This document shows, in pieces, positions 37,745 through 49,778 of a stretch of DNA of 64,000 nucleotides. This DNA is from Leucoraja erinacea. Taxonomy: Eukaryota. Positions within the stretch are counted from its first letter, which is position 1; each line of letters begins with the position of its first letter. The notes below the pieces were generated by a model. It saw only the letters and a program-made list of their open reading frames with translations. It was not told where the DNA came from and ran no database searches. Location: positions 13,020,001 through 13,084,000 of the forward strand of contig NC_073396.1 of assembly GCF_028641065.1 (NCBI RefSeq), in the 5' to 3' direction. Position numbers and translations under genes: made by a program.

Positions 37745-37840
37745 ATGGCGGGGCCCCGGTGGCCCGAAGCCGCCGCCGTTGCCAACCACCACCACCTCCT
37801 CCTCCTCCTCATGTTCCTACTGCTGCCGGGTGCAATACGG
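37745..37840 (+). CDS. ERN2: IRE1-family kinase/RNase exon 1 (signal peptide)
   Basis: gcgATGG; MAGPRWPEAAAVANHHHLLLLLMFLLLPGAIR|gtgagt; hydrophobic signal peptide; phase 0 fits exon 2. Confidence 0.8.
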
Positions 37841-39399
37841 GTGAGTCTTCGGGTTCTCTTCCTCTCTCGCCCGCGTGTGGTTAAGGCAGGGGTTAATGGT
37901 GCCGAGGGGAGGAGCGCGGGCTCGCCCACATGTGGGGCTCCCGACTGAAGTGGGTCGCAGGCAGGCGATCGGCTCTCAAACCCGATCTTCAGCTGGTTTA
38001 CTGTTGTGACTCCGCCTCTGCGCCTTGGTGTGGCTGACGGTCACCGCCTACTCTGTACTCTGGGCATAGATTTGCATAGCCAAGGCTACCGAGCGGCATT
38101 ATAACTCTTCGACTTCGGGCAAAACACTTTTGTTCTTCTCAGTAATGGGACTAAAAACTCTTCTGGTGTTATAAGAATAGTTGCCACTTGGCTTTAAATT
38201 GCATTCAAGTTCAAGGACTATTTTTATTAGGTGTGTCTGATTCTAGTTATACACTTGACTCATTACAACTGGATAGTACAGATTGGTGCTCGGTGTATCT
38301 CGCCTGCACCCCCAGCTTGCTCACCAAGATTTGACTTGCCATCTGAAAATGTTTTCGTTGCATGCTTTTAATAACCTATCCAAGACAGTGACTGATTTGG
38401 GGAAGCGAGCCATATATGTGAGCAGTTCTCGGAACACGGAAAAAAATGCGTCGCAATAGCGCCTCTAATCGTCTCAAGTTATTTCGAGCTACTTTACAAC
38501 CTGCAAAGTATTTTTCAAATTTAGTTTGGGTATCACGGGAGTTGTTTTTCATTAGCAAGTTTCCACAAACACCGATTTGATATCAGAAATATAATATTGA
38601 TCTAGGGCTAAATATGCGAAACCAAAACACCAGAGAGATTTTCATTCACTCTTCGCAACAGTGCGAAATATTCGTTCGTATTCACAAGAAAGAAATACAG
38701 ATCCCCGTTTTAATCGTTCATCTTAACGACTGTATATTTGACATTGTACCCGATCTTCGGGTTAGCTTCCAGAATGGAGTTTCAGGCAGACTGTGGAACT
38801 TGGGTCTGTGGAGTGGGAATTGAACCCACCTTCAGACTCAGACAAAATGCCTCCAATGCCTCAGATAAGCTTTTGGTGGTAAAAGTGGAAATCTGAAATA
38901 AAGGCAGTTATCTATCTGTCTTTTACCTTGAAAGTTGTACATTTTCATAATTTTATGCTTTAAAGCTCCAGGAGTACTAATCGGTTATGGAAAACTTACA
39001 CAGTCCTTCTCTCCATAGATGCTGCCTTACCCGCTGAGTTTCTCCACCATTTTTGTCTACCTACAGTTTAGTCAGTTTGCGTTTTTGGTTCTATTTCACG
39101 AAGTGCGACAATTCTCCAAAGTTATTATTGTACAGATTTTGAGCATCAAAGTGCTGCAGAATCTTTCAGAATAAAAAAACACACACACACCTCCCTCACA
39201 TCTTTCAGTTATTTCTGTTGCAACATATTTAAACTCTTGACCATTCATGAACCCTACATAGATTTTCAGATGTAGTTTTATTTAATTTATTTTTGGGTTG
39301 TGGGGAATGCTATTTGGCTCTAGATGTTCTTGAAAGGAAACTTCAGTCATAATAAGAAACATTTAAGCGGTACGTGGTCAAATTCTGTCTTGATTTCAT

Positions 39400-40260
39400 A
39401 GAACATACAAGAGTTCACCACAAAAACAGGCCCTTTGGCCCACAAGTCCATGTCAACCATCAGATGGTTCCCCATCCTCCAAAGGACCAGAGCAAACAAT
39501 CCACGCTTGTCCAACCTCTCCTTCCAGCTAATATACTCTAATACATGTAACGCCCTCGTAAACCTCTTCTGCACCCTCTCCAAAATTTCTACATCCTTCT
39601 GTGATACAGCAACCAGAACTGCACAGTACTCTAAATGTGGCCTAATCAAATTTTAATAATGCTGTAATGTGACTTTCTGACTATAATATTCAACATCCTG
39701 ACTGATGAATGTAAGTATGTCGTATGCTTTCTTTACCACCCTATCTACTTGTGTGCCACTTTCAGTGAGCTGGACTTGTACCCCATGATCCATCTGTATA
39801 TCAATGTTCCTAAGATCCTGCCATTTATTGTATACCTTCCTCTTGTATTTGACCTCCTAAAGTGTAACACCTCACACTTGTCCAGTTTATTTCTATCTAT
39901 AATTTCTCTGGCTACATTTCCAATTTATCTATATCCTGCTGAAACTGTTGACACCCTTCCTCACTATCTCATCATCCTATAGACCATTCTTCTTGGTGAA
40001 TACTGATGCGAAGTACTCATTTAGTACCTTGCTATTTACCTTGGCAGGAATTCAAGTGTCCCTGCTCTCGAGTGTCCCTGCCCTCTTCTTAGTTACCTTT
40101 TGTCTTAATATAGGTATAAAATGCCTTGGGATTCTCTTTAATCCTACTCAGCAAGATCATTTCATGGCCCTTTTGACCCTCCTGCTTTCCTGTTTAGTTT
40201 GTACTCCACAAAGGTCATATCCTATTTAAGCTTCCTAAAACTTTTGAGACAGTTATCATC
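39400..40260 (-). mobile_element. Old degenerate CR1 fragment
   Basis: IRPHLEYC...LERVQKRFTR peptide in the ORF track. Confidence 0.75.
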
Positions 40261-40879
40261 ATCGTAAGGTTCCTGAATCTTGCCAACCCTGATGATCAGC
40301 CTTGATCACAATGAATGGCGGTGCTAGCTCGAAAGGCCGAATGGCCTCCTCCTGCACCTATTTTCTATGTTTCTATGGTACGCTGCCCAATAAAATCAGA
40401 TACTATACATAAATACAATCAAGCTAAACTCACGTACAATAGGTAGAGCAAAGGGAAAGATACAGAGTGCAGAATATAGTTCTCGGCATTGTAGCACTAA
40501 AAATTGCTGGGTTGACCAACACCTAATCAGCTCTACTATGGCCTTTGTCTATCCATCTGCCTATACAAAAAATCAAATGCCTGTGTTCACCTATGACCTG
40601 CCATGCTTTGTCGTACTCTTCTAGCTTTCTTTTCCCTCACCCTTGCAATCAGTCTGAAGAAGAGTCCTGACCTGAAATGTCACCTATTCATGTTATCCAA
40701 GGATGCTGCCTGACCCACTGAGTTATTCCAGCAATGTGTGTCTTTCCTTGGTAAACCAGTTCCTTGTTTCTGCAAATGCGTCAGTCTGGTATTTGGCACT
40801 TGCTTTATAGTTTGTGCCATCACTGAGAATGAGAATATTATTGTAACCTGCCATTAGCTGTTTAACAGAGCATTGTTAT

Positions 40880-41951
40880 TCATGATTAAATGCCGGCCAA
40901 TGAGTTTGGAGGCATTTGTTTGAACTTGAGCAGATAGGATGTGTCTATACACTTCAGAATCCATTATGCTACCACCATCAGCAGTTGTATCATCAATGAA
41001 GATAAGTGAGCCAGTACCTTCAGCAACCATCATGCCCAAGCCATAACACACCCACCCCAGTGTTTCACAGATGAGGTGGTATGCTTTGGATCTTGAGCAG
41101 TTCATTCTCTCCTCCAAACTTTGCTTTTGTCATCACTCTGATATAAGTTCATCTTCGTCTCATCTGGCCACAAGACCTTTGTCCAGAACTGTGGTTGATC
41201 TTTTAAGTACTTCTTGGCAAACTGTAACCTGGCCATCCTATTTTTGCGGCTAACCAGTGGTTTGCATCTTGCAGTGTAGCCTATGTATTTCTGTTCATGA
41301 AGCCTTCTGCGGACAGTGATCATTGACACATCAACCTAACTCCTGAAGAGTGTTTCTGATCTGTCGGACATGTACATGGGGATTTTACTTTATTATAGAG
41401 AGAATTCTTCTGACATCTTCCGTGAAGGTCTTCCTTGGCCTACCAGTCCCTTTGCGATTAGTAAGCTCACCAGTGCTTTCTTTATTTGGGTAAGCCCAAG
41501 GTTTGGCTGATGTCTCTAACAGTTTTAATCTTGTTTCTCAGTCTCATAATGGCTTATTTGACTTTCATTGGCACAACTTTGGTCCACATGTTGATAAACA
41601 GCAATAAAAGTTTCCAAAGGTGATGGAAAGACTGGAGGAAAGACTGGGTGCTGAGAGCTCTCTTATACCTGCATGAAGGAGGCAATTAAACACACCTGAG
41701 CAATTACAAAGACCTGTGAAGCCTTGTGTCCCAAACATTATGGTGCCCTGAAATGGGGGGGACTATGTATAAACACAGCTGTAATTTCTATATGGTGAAA
41801 CCAAAATGTATAAAAAAGGCATTTAATAAAATCTGACAATGTGCACTTTGACCACATGTGATTTTTTCTATTACAAATCTTAAATTGTGGAGTACAGAGG
41901 CAAATAAATAAATGATGGGTCCTTGTCCCAAACCTCATGGAGGGCACTGTA
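40880..41951 (-). mobile_element. Truncated Tc1-like DNA transposon (left IR/DR + transposase pseudogene)
   Basis: TA|CAGTGCCCTCC terminus at 41951. Transposase remnants TVRRRLHE, KPLVSRKNRMARLQFAK, VLWPDETK, YRHIL. Ends before the second catalytic Asp. Confidence 0.9.
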
Positions 41952-42342
41952 TGTGCTATGTTCCTTGTTGAATATTGTATGTAATAGAACGCAGGGGATA
42001 TGCTAGGGTTGAGTAGTGGAGCATACATTTTGTTGTTGCTGTTGGTCTACAATATCAAAATGATGCCTTGTTTTAATTTACTGAGTTAATTTGCTTATGT
42101 GGTTGGTAAATGGCAAATCATTGATAATATTGTCGCCAAGGAACTTGAAACACCATTGATTCTGATTGGGGCATGTACTCTGCCACAATTTCTGAAGTTA
42201 ATAACTAGCTCCTTCATCTTGTTGACATTGAGGCAGTGGTTGTTGTCCTGACACCATGTTACTAAGTTCCCTATCTCTTTTCTGTACTCCATTTCATCAT
42301 TGTTCATGATCTGGCCCATTACAGTGGTGTCACCTGCCAACT

Positions 42343-42396
42343 GGGGTGGAAGATTGCAACCTACACGTGGTCCGCCCTGTTTTGACAAATGCAATC
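42343..42396 (+). ncRNA. Minimal HDV-like ribozyme motif, copy 3
   Basis: GGGGTGG AA GATTGCA ACC TACACGT GGT CCGCCCT GTTTTGA CAAA TGCAATC; P1, P2 and P3 fully paired. Confidence 0.8.
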
Positions 42397-42483
42397 AACC
42401 CGGCATGCACAATCAAATAAGATCAAATAGAACAAGTTTTCCTACAATTTTAGGCTGTGCACGCCATACGCAAGAAGAAGAAG
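42343..42483 (+). mobile_element. Short ribozyme-headed retroposon, copy 3 (inserted in a Rex/Babar RT fragment)
   Basis: TSD acctgccaact (42332-42342) / atctgcaaact (42484-42494); (AAG)n tail. Confidence 0.88.
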
Positions 42484-42775
42484 ATCTGCAAACTTGTAGG
42501 TGAAGTTAGTGTTCAATTAGCTGGCCATGCAGTCATGTGTGTTTAAGGAGTATAGCAGGGGACTGAGATCGCATCCTTATTTAATAGAACGCAGGGGATG
42601 TGCTGGGGTTGAGTAATGGAGTATTAAATGAACAATAGATTTTGTTCCCAGCAAGGCTGTATTTAGCACTATATATCATCCTTGCCCCCAGGCATCACAT
42701 GAAAATCTCCTTTATAGTACATAGCAGATAATTCAAATTGTTGCATTTTTGGATATAACCTAGAATTTCAATCAG

Positions 42776-43667
42776 AGGATGCTAGGAGGCTGCAAGGTGA
42801 CTTGGATAGGCTGGGTGAGTGGGCAAATGCATGGCAGATGCAGTATAATGTGGATAAATGTGAGGTTATCCACTTTGGTGGCAAAAACAGGAAAGTAGAC
42901 TATTATCTGAATGTTGGCCGATTAGGAAAGGGGGAGATGCAACGAGACCTGGGTATCATGGTACACCAATTATTAAAAGTAGGCATTCAGGTGCAGCAGG
43001 CAGTGAAGAAAGCAAATGGTATGTTAGCATTCATAGCAAAAGGATTTGAGTATAGGAGCAGGGAGGTTCTACTGCAGTTGTACAGGGTCTTGGTGAGACC
43101 ACACCTGCACTATTGCGTACAGTTTTGGTCTCCTAATCTGAGGAAGGACATTCTTGCCATGGAGGGAGTACAGAGAAGATTCACCAGACTGCTTCCTGGG
43201 ATGTCAGGACTTTCATATGAAGAAAGACTGGATAGACTCGTTTTGTACTAGCTAGAATTTAGAAGATTGAGGGGGGATCTTATAGAAACTTACAAAATTC
43301 TTAAGGGGTTGGACAGGCTAGATGCAGGAAGATTGTTCCCGATGTTGGGGAAGTCCAGAAAAGGGGTCACAGTTTAAGGATAAGGGGGAAATCTTTTAGG
43401 ACCGAGATGAGGAAAAAATGTTTCACACAGAGAGTGATGAATCTCTGGAATTCTCTGCCACAGAAGGTAGTTGAGGCCAGTTCATTGGCTATATTTAAGA
43501 GGGAGTTAGATGTGGCCCTTGTGGCTAAAGGGATCAGGGGATATGGAGAGAAGTCAGGTACAGGATACTGAGTTGGATGATCAGCCATGATCATATTGAA
43601 TGGCGGTGCAGGCTCAAAGGGCTGAATGGCCTACTCCTGCACCTATTTTCTATGTTTCTATGTTTCA
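42776..43667 (+). mobile_element. 5'-truncated CR1 LINE
   Basis: RT C-terminus (WQMQYNVDKCEVIHFG...LVRPHL.YCVQFWSP) plus 3'UTR ending in (CTATGTTT)n. Confidence 0.92.
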
Positions 43668-44265
43668 AGTTACACAATAGCTCACAAAACATTAATCTTG
43701 AAGGCTGGGCAGACTACTTCTCATTCTTCTAAAGGCATCAGCAATGCTGTTCAGCAATTGAGGAACCAAAGATCTATCATCTACAATCCAAGCTTAATAA
43801 AAACTAGTGAACTAGTCCCTATCTACATAAGGTATTGAATTGACTTTGTCCCCTAACAGCCAATAATCAAATGTTCTATCTCCACAGCCCTTAAAAGGAT
43901 ATTTGGAATAGAATAAAACCTTTCATTCTTTTTATTGGTGACCATGATTAAAAGGAGACCATAATTTTGCAATTTGGTGCCTGCTGGATACAAGAAATAC
44001 AGATTCAGAACAGACCATGTTTTTTGCCTTCTTCATTTCATGGCTAGTACTTGAATTTTCAGTTTTAGGGAACCTATAGTTTAAAAACAAAACAACGTAT
44101 CAAAGAAAATATGATTACAATTTGTTTGAAATATTAGATAGTGCATTTAAAAATGGCTATAAAGGATTGAAGTTTTTGCAAGGTGTACAAATTGTCAACC
44201 AGTTGACTGGGTAGAATATAATACAATACTCCCCTTTTTGATGATGAACAATTTCTTTGAGTGAA

Positions 44266-44396
44266 NNNNNNNNNNNNNNNNNNNNNNNNNNNNNNNNNNN
44301 NNNNNNNNNNNNNNNNNNNNNNNNNNNNNNNNNNNNNNNNNNNNNNNNNNNNNNNNNNNNNNNNNNNNNNNNNNNNNNNNNNNNNNNNNNNNNNNN
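44266..44396. other. Assembly gap
   Basis: Run of 131 N. Confidence 0.99.
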
Positions 44397-46399
44397 AGAT
44401 CCAAATTTAATTATCAGCATTTACTTGGAAAAAATGGTAATTGCGGACCTTTTGTAAATATGGACTAGTTTGTCAGTTTCATCGTGCTTGGATTATAGTT
44501 GATAGATCTATGGTTACTCACCTGCAGGGCGACATTGATGGTATCTTTGAAAAATTGTGAAGTGGACTGCCCAGCTTTCAAAACTAATGTTTTGTGGACA
44601 GAGCTACACCTATAGTCAGAAAACCAGGCAAGTTGTTTTTTATTCAATAGAGTTACAGAACAATACAAACTAGTTGCTTTGTCGTTTATGTGGGGGGGAA
44701 AACAAGTCAATCATCGAGTAAAATTGTTCCACAGTTTATAGATAGGGACAAATTAAATTTCAAATTCTGCTCTTTAACCAAAAGTAGTTCAGTTATTTAA
44801 TAAGGTATGTTTTATTAAATAAGATATAGTCAAGTTAGTAAATTAAGCAAAAAATATAATTGTATTTGATGTTTGAGCTTGGTAACAACTACATTTATTA
44901 TTATCCTTAATTGCTCAGAAATTGTGCAAAAACCTGGCTATAGGTAGCAGTAAGAAAGAATTGCATATTGTGTGACTGGAGTCAAGTATCAGCTGTTGTT
45001 CAGTGGGAGTATTCTCACCTCTGGGTCAGGAGATCATGGTTCTAGTTCCATTTTGTAGACTTGAGTATAAAGCACACATTTTAAGGATCCAATTCACTGA
45101 GGTGTGGTTTTTCACTTGAAATGTTAAGCCAAATAAGGTTAAGGACCTGCTTGCATTACAGCACTCAGATGATGAATGATTCCTATACAGGATCTGTGAA
45201 CTGCCAGAGGAGTTTGGGTGGAGCTTGATGGGATGTGTGGCTCAATTGACTGAATTATTGCATCTCTTTCAGTTGTTTGAGCTTGGCATCCATGCGTTCC
45301 CAGATGGAGAGGCTCACAGGGCTTTCAGCATTATCTTTGCACTCCAAAAGTACTTCATTTTTTGTAACATGCTCGGGTTTGTGAGAAGTGTTATGGAAGC
45401 ATATGGCATAACAAGATACATGTGCTAGATTCCTAAACATTACTGAATCCGCAAAGTTTGTATCATGAACTGGTAGATTGAATGGTAATTTTTCATCGTA
45501 TTAACCCATCAGATTTATTGAGAGTCATTATGGAATGGAACTCTCTCAACCTTTAAGTTGCTAGACCAGTAAAAATATTCTGCACTACAGTACTCATTGT
45601 TCACTGGTGATCTGCACTATTGTATTCAATGTATTTCACGACAATAGAGAACATAAATGGGAAACCATCTGATTTGGTAATATGGTCTCATACAATGGAT
45701 AGTCCTAGAACTGTATGCATTTGTGAGTTGATCAGATGTTACATGGACAGACAGTAGGTGCGTTATGAGCTAGCATGAAATTAATCAAAGTATCTGTGAA
45801 GTCCATTATTTTTGTGTGACACTAAACAAAATAATCCCATATCTTGTGAGGTAGGAGCAGCACCTTTTCTGAGGTAATAAAACACCGAGTGGAGAAAAAA
45901 CTTTCTAGATTGTGCAATAAAATTAAGAAACCAAACATTTTACTGTGTCTGATCTTGACTCAGATATTAGCAGAATATGCATAGCATTTCTATATAGTAT
46001 GTGATGATGAAATAAAAGCAAGAGATTAAGCCTACGGTATAGCATGGATAGTATGACATGGTTTTGAAAAACAGCATGAAATCAGGGCTGCCAAATCTCA
46101 CGCATTGAGCGTGAGAGTCATGCATTTCGCCAAATTCTCAGGCTGATCACAAATTTCTCAGCCCACGGGCTAGAAATATTCTGGCTACAGATATTCTGGA
46201 TTAATTTATTAATCCAGAATATCCAGGGGGTTGGGATAAATGTAATATTAAAATTGAAGGTTCCGAATGAATAATGTCCCTTGACTTTATCACAAACAAC
46301 ATGTAACATTCCTTCTGCATTCAACTTCACTGTTTCAGCTAGTCAAGAGTATTTTAATGTCACATGTCACTGATCCTTAGCAAATTGCAATTTGTGACA

Positions 46400-46855
46400 T
46401 TGGCAAGACCAGAGCGTAAACTCGACGACCATTTCGCTGAACACTTGCACTCAGTCTGCCAAGGCCTACCAGATTTCCCGGTTGTTAACCATTTTCTCTC
46501 CCTTTCCATTCCCATACTGACTTTTCTATCCTGGGTCTCCTCCATTGCCAGAGTGAGGCCACAGGCAAACTGAAGGAATAAAACCTCATATTCTGCTTGG
46601 GTAGCTACAACCAAATATATGGTCATCAACTTCTCCAGTTTTCGGTAAACTCTAACGACTCGCTTCTATTTCTCTTCTTCCCCTTTACCCGCATTCCTGC
46701 CTCTGGCTTCACAATTCACGACGTTTCAACTCTTTTGTCTCATACCGTCTGTTTTAATCTCTGGCCTTTGTCCTACCATCTGCCTATCAACCCCCCCCCC
46801 CCCCCCCCCCCCCACTTCACCTGTGTTCACCTATTACCTGCCATGCTTTGTCCTG
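46400..46855 (+). mobile_element. Penelope-like 3' fragment
   Basis: RKLDDHFAEHLHSV...PVVNHF GIY-YIG remnant. Confidence 0.72.
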
Positions 46856-48435
46856 ATTTTGCAATGGGGGTGTAGGGGGAGGGGAGAGAAGAAGCCGACT
46901 GGACAGGGCAACGGGAGAAGTAGGCAGCGGTGGTCAAGAAAGTGGTGGATAAAGCCACCACAGACAGCTAGAAAGAGCAGCAGGTGAGAGGGGCTTGCTG
47001 GTGCACCGTGCGAGTCAGGAGTGGGTTCGGAAGCCAGGGCTCTAAACGGCCGGAGAGATGGTAGGGGCCGGGAATGAGTCGGCAGGTCATTCCATTCGCA
47101 TTCAATTTACATTTTCTATTTGTTTTATTTAAGTTTCTGGCACTCCATGGTGCATTAGACACACGTGAAGGGTGTCATAAACGGGCCAGGGGTGTACTGT
47201 TGTTTCATTATCACATGACCTTTGTTGGCTTGAAGAAACGGATAATCCAGAAAGATTCTGGAACCAAGGGTGCCGGAAAATCGGTGTTCAACTTGTAATG
47301 ATATATTATTTTATTTACAAGGAAAAACTGCAAAACAAAAGTTTTAGTTATGAGTCTATATTACAACTGAATTGTGTAAAAGCCCCATTGGTTTTCCTGC
47401 ATTATTTTTGAGAGTTACACAGCATGGAAACAGGTCCTACGGCTCAACTTGTCCATGCCAACCAGGTTTTATAACTGAGCTGGTCCCATTTGCCTATGTT
47501 TGTCGTCTGTCCTTCTAAATCTTTCCTATCCATATGTCTCGAAATGACTTGAATGATATAATTATATCTGCCTTTACATCTTCCTCTGGCAGATCGTTCA
47601 ATATTTGCATACACTGTGTAACGAAATTGCCCCTCGGGTCCTTTTTAAATCTTTCCCCGCTCACCTGAAACCTCTGACCTCCAGTTTTGGACCCTACTCT
47701 GGGAACTTATCTGCACTCCCTCATAATTTTGTAATGGTTCTAGATCTTGTTTAGGAAAGGAAATCAAAATTTGACATTCCCACATAGTCTATATGCGGCT
47801 CCATAGCAACCATAGTATCTTTGATTATTAACAGTTTTCTGAGAAATTCAAAGCTATTCAGTTGGATATTAAATGAAGAAAACTGATTACCACAGTTTTA
47901 TGCATAATTAATTATTTTAAAAATCTCATCAAGATTGTCTCTCTGTACATCCTCTGAATTCAAGTGAGTTTCGTTTTTTGGTAAAACCCTTGCAGTGAAC
48001 ACTCCTTGTTCCACTGTTCTTGTCATTTAGTCCAGATCTATCATCATGCAAGTTCTGAGTCGTGGTGACTCTCTCATGTTACACGCAAGAACAGGTTTAT
48101 GCATTTCAGTGCCTTGCATCTGTTTCTCTATTTAGTGAGATTAAGGTTGATCTGCATCCTAAATCTTTATTTCTGTTAACGTCCAGAACAACACAAATCT
48201 TATATTCAAAATTATTAATTGTGGTGTCATCTGCAGCTTTTTGTGGGAGGGAGTTCCATTATTTCTGTGTGTTTTTATGGAATCATGTTTCAAATCATGA
48301 ATGATCTGGTTCTTAAATTTGCAAATATTATGTAACCATTGGATTAAGTTTCTTCAAACAGTTATTTACAGAATCCTAAATCTCTCATTCAGGTTATCCC
48401 ATTGCTTCTCATTTCAAACATTATAACCTATATTT

Positions 48436-49778
48436 ATGCTGGAGTCAATTATAAAAGATGAAATAGCGGCACATTTGGATAGCAGTAACGGGATCGGTCC
48501 AAGTCAGCATGGATTTACCAAGGAGAAAACATGTTTGACCAATTTTCTGGAATTTTTTGAGGATGTAACTAGGAAAGTGGACAAGGGAGTGCCAGTGGGT
48601 GTAGTGTACATGGACTTTAGAAAGCATTTGATAAGGTCTCACACAGGAGATTAGTGGGCAAAATTAGAGCACATGGTATTAGGGGTAGGGTACTGATGTG
48701 GATAGAGAAGTGGTTGGCAGACAGGAAACAAAGAGTCGGGATTAACGGGTCCCTTTCAGAATGGCAGGCAGTTACTAGTGGGGTACCACAAGGCTCGGTA
48801 CGGGACTGCAGCTATTTACAATATACATCAATGATGTCGATGAAGGATTCAAAGTAACATTAGCAAATTTGCAGATACAAAGCTGGGTGGCAGTGTGAAC
48901 TGTGAGGAGGATGCTATGAGGATGCAGGGTGACTTGGACAGGTTGGATGAGTGGGCAGATGCATAGCAGATGCAGTTCAATGTGGGTAAATGTGAGGTTA
49001 TCCACTTTGATGGCAAAAACAGAAGGCAGATTATTATCTGAATGGTGTTAAGTTGGGAAAAGGGGAAGTACAAAGAGATTTGGGGGTCCTTGTTCATCAA
49101 TCACTGAAAGTGAGCATGCAGGTACAGCAGGCAGTGATGAAAGCTAATGGCATGTTGGTCTTCATAACAAGAGGAGTTGAATAGAGGACCAAAGAGGGCC
49201 TTCTGCAGTTGTGCAGAGCCCTAGTGAGACCACATCTGGAGTATTGTGTGCAGTTTTGGTCTCCAAATTTGAGGAAGGACATTCTTGTTATTGAGGGAGT
49301 GCAGCGTAGGTTCACCAGGTTAATTCCCGGTATGGCAGGACTCTTATATGTTGATAGAATGGAGCGGCTGGGCTTGTACACTCTGGAATTTAGATGGATG
49401 AGGGGGATCTTAATGAAGCATATAAAATTATTAAGGAATTGGACACGCTAGAGGCAGGAAACATGTTGCCGGTGTAGGAGGAGTCCAGAACCAGGGGCCA
49501 CAGTTTAGGAATAAGGGGTAAGCCATTTAGAATGGAGATGAGGAAAACCTTTTCACCCAGAGAGTTGTGAATCTGTAGAATTCTCCGCCTCAGAAGGCAG
49601 TGCAGGCCAATTCTCTGGATGCTTTCAAGAGAGAGTTAGATAGAGCACTTAAAGATAGCAGGGATATGGAGAGAAGGCAGGAACGGCGTTCTGAATGTGG
49701 ATGATCAGCCATGATCACAGTGAATGGCGGTTTTGGCTCGAAGAGCCGAATGGCCTACTCCTGCACCTAGTGTCTATT
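48436..49778 (+). mobile_element. 5'-truncated CR1 LINE, same subfamily as 24055-27498
   Basis: MLESIIKDEIAAHLDS...QHGF...GVPQGS...YCVQFWSP, followed by the CR1 3'UTR. Confidence 0.92.

Larger units (their letters stand above)
42105..42580 (-). mobile_element. Rex1/Babar-type RT fragment interrupted by the ribozyme retroposon
   Basis: DTTVMGQIMNNDEMEYRKEI.NLVTWCQDNN..LNV.K.KELVI.FR. Confidence 0.75.
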
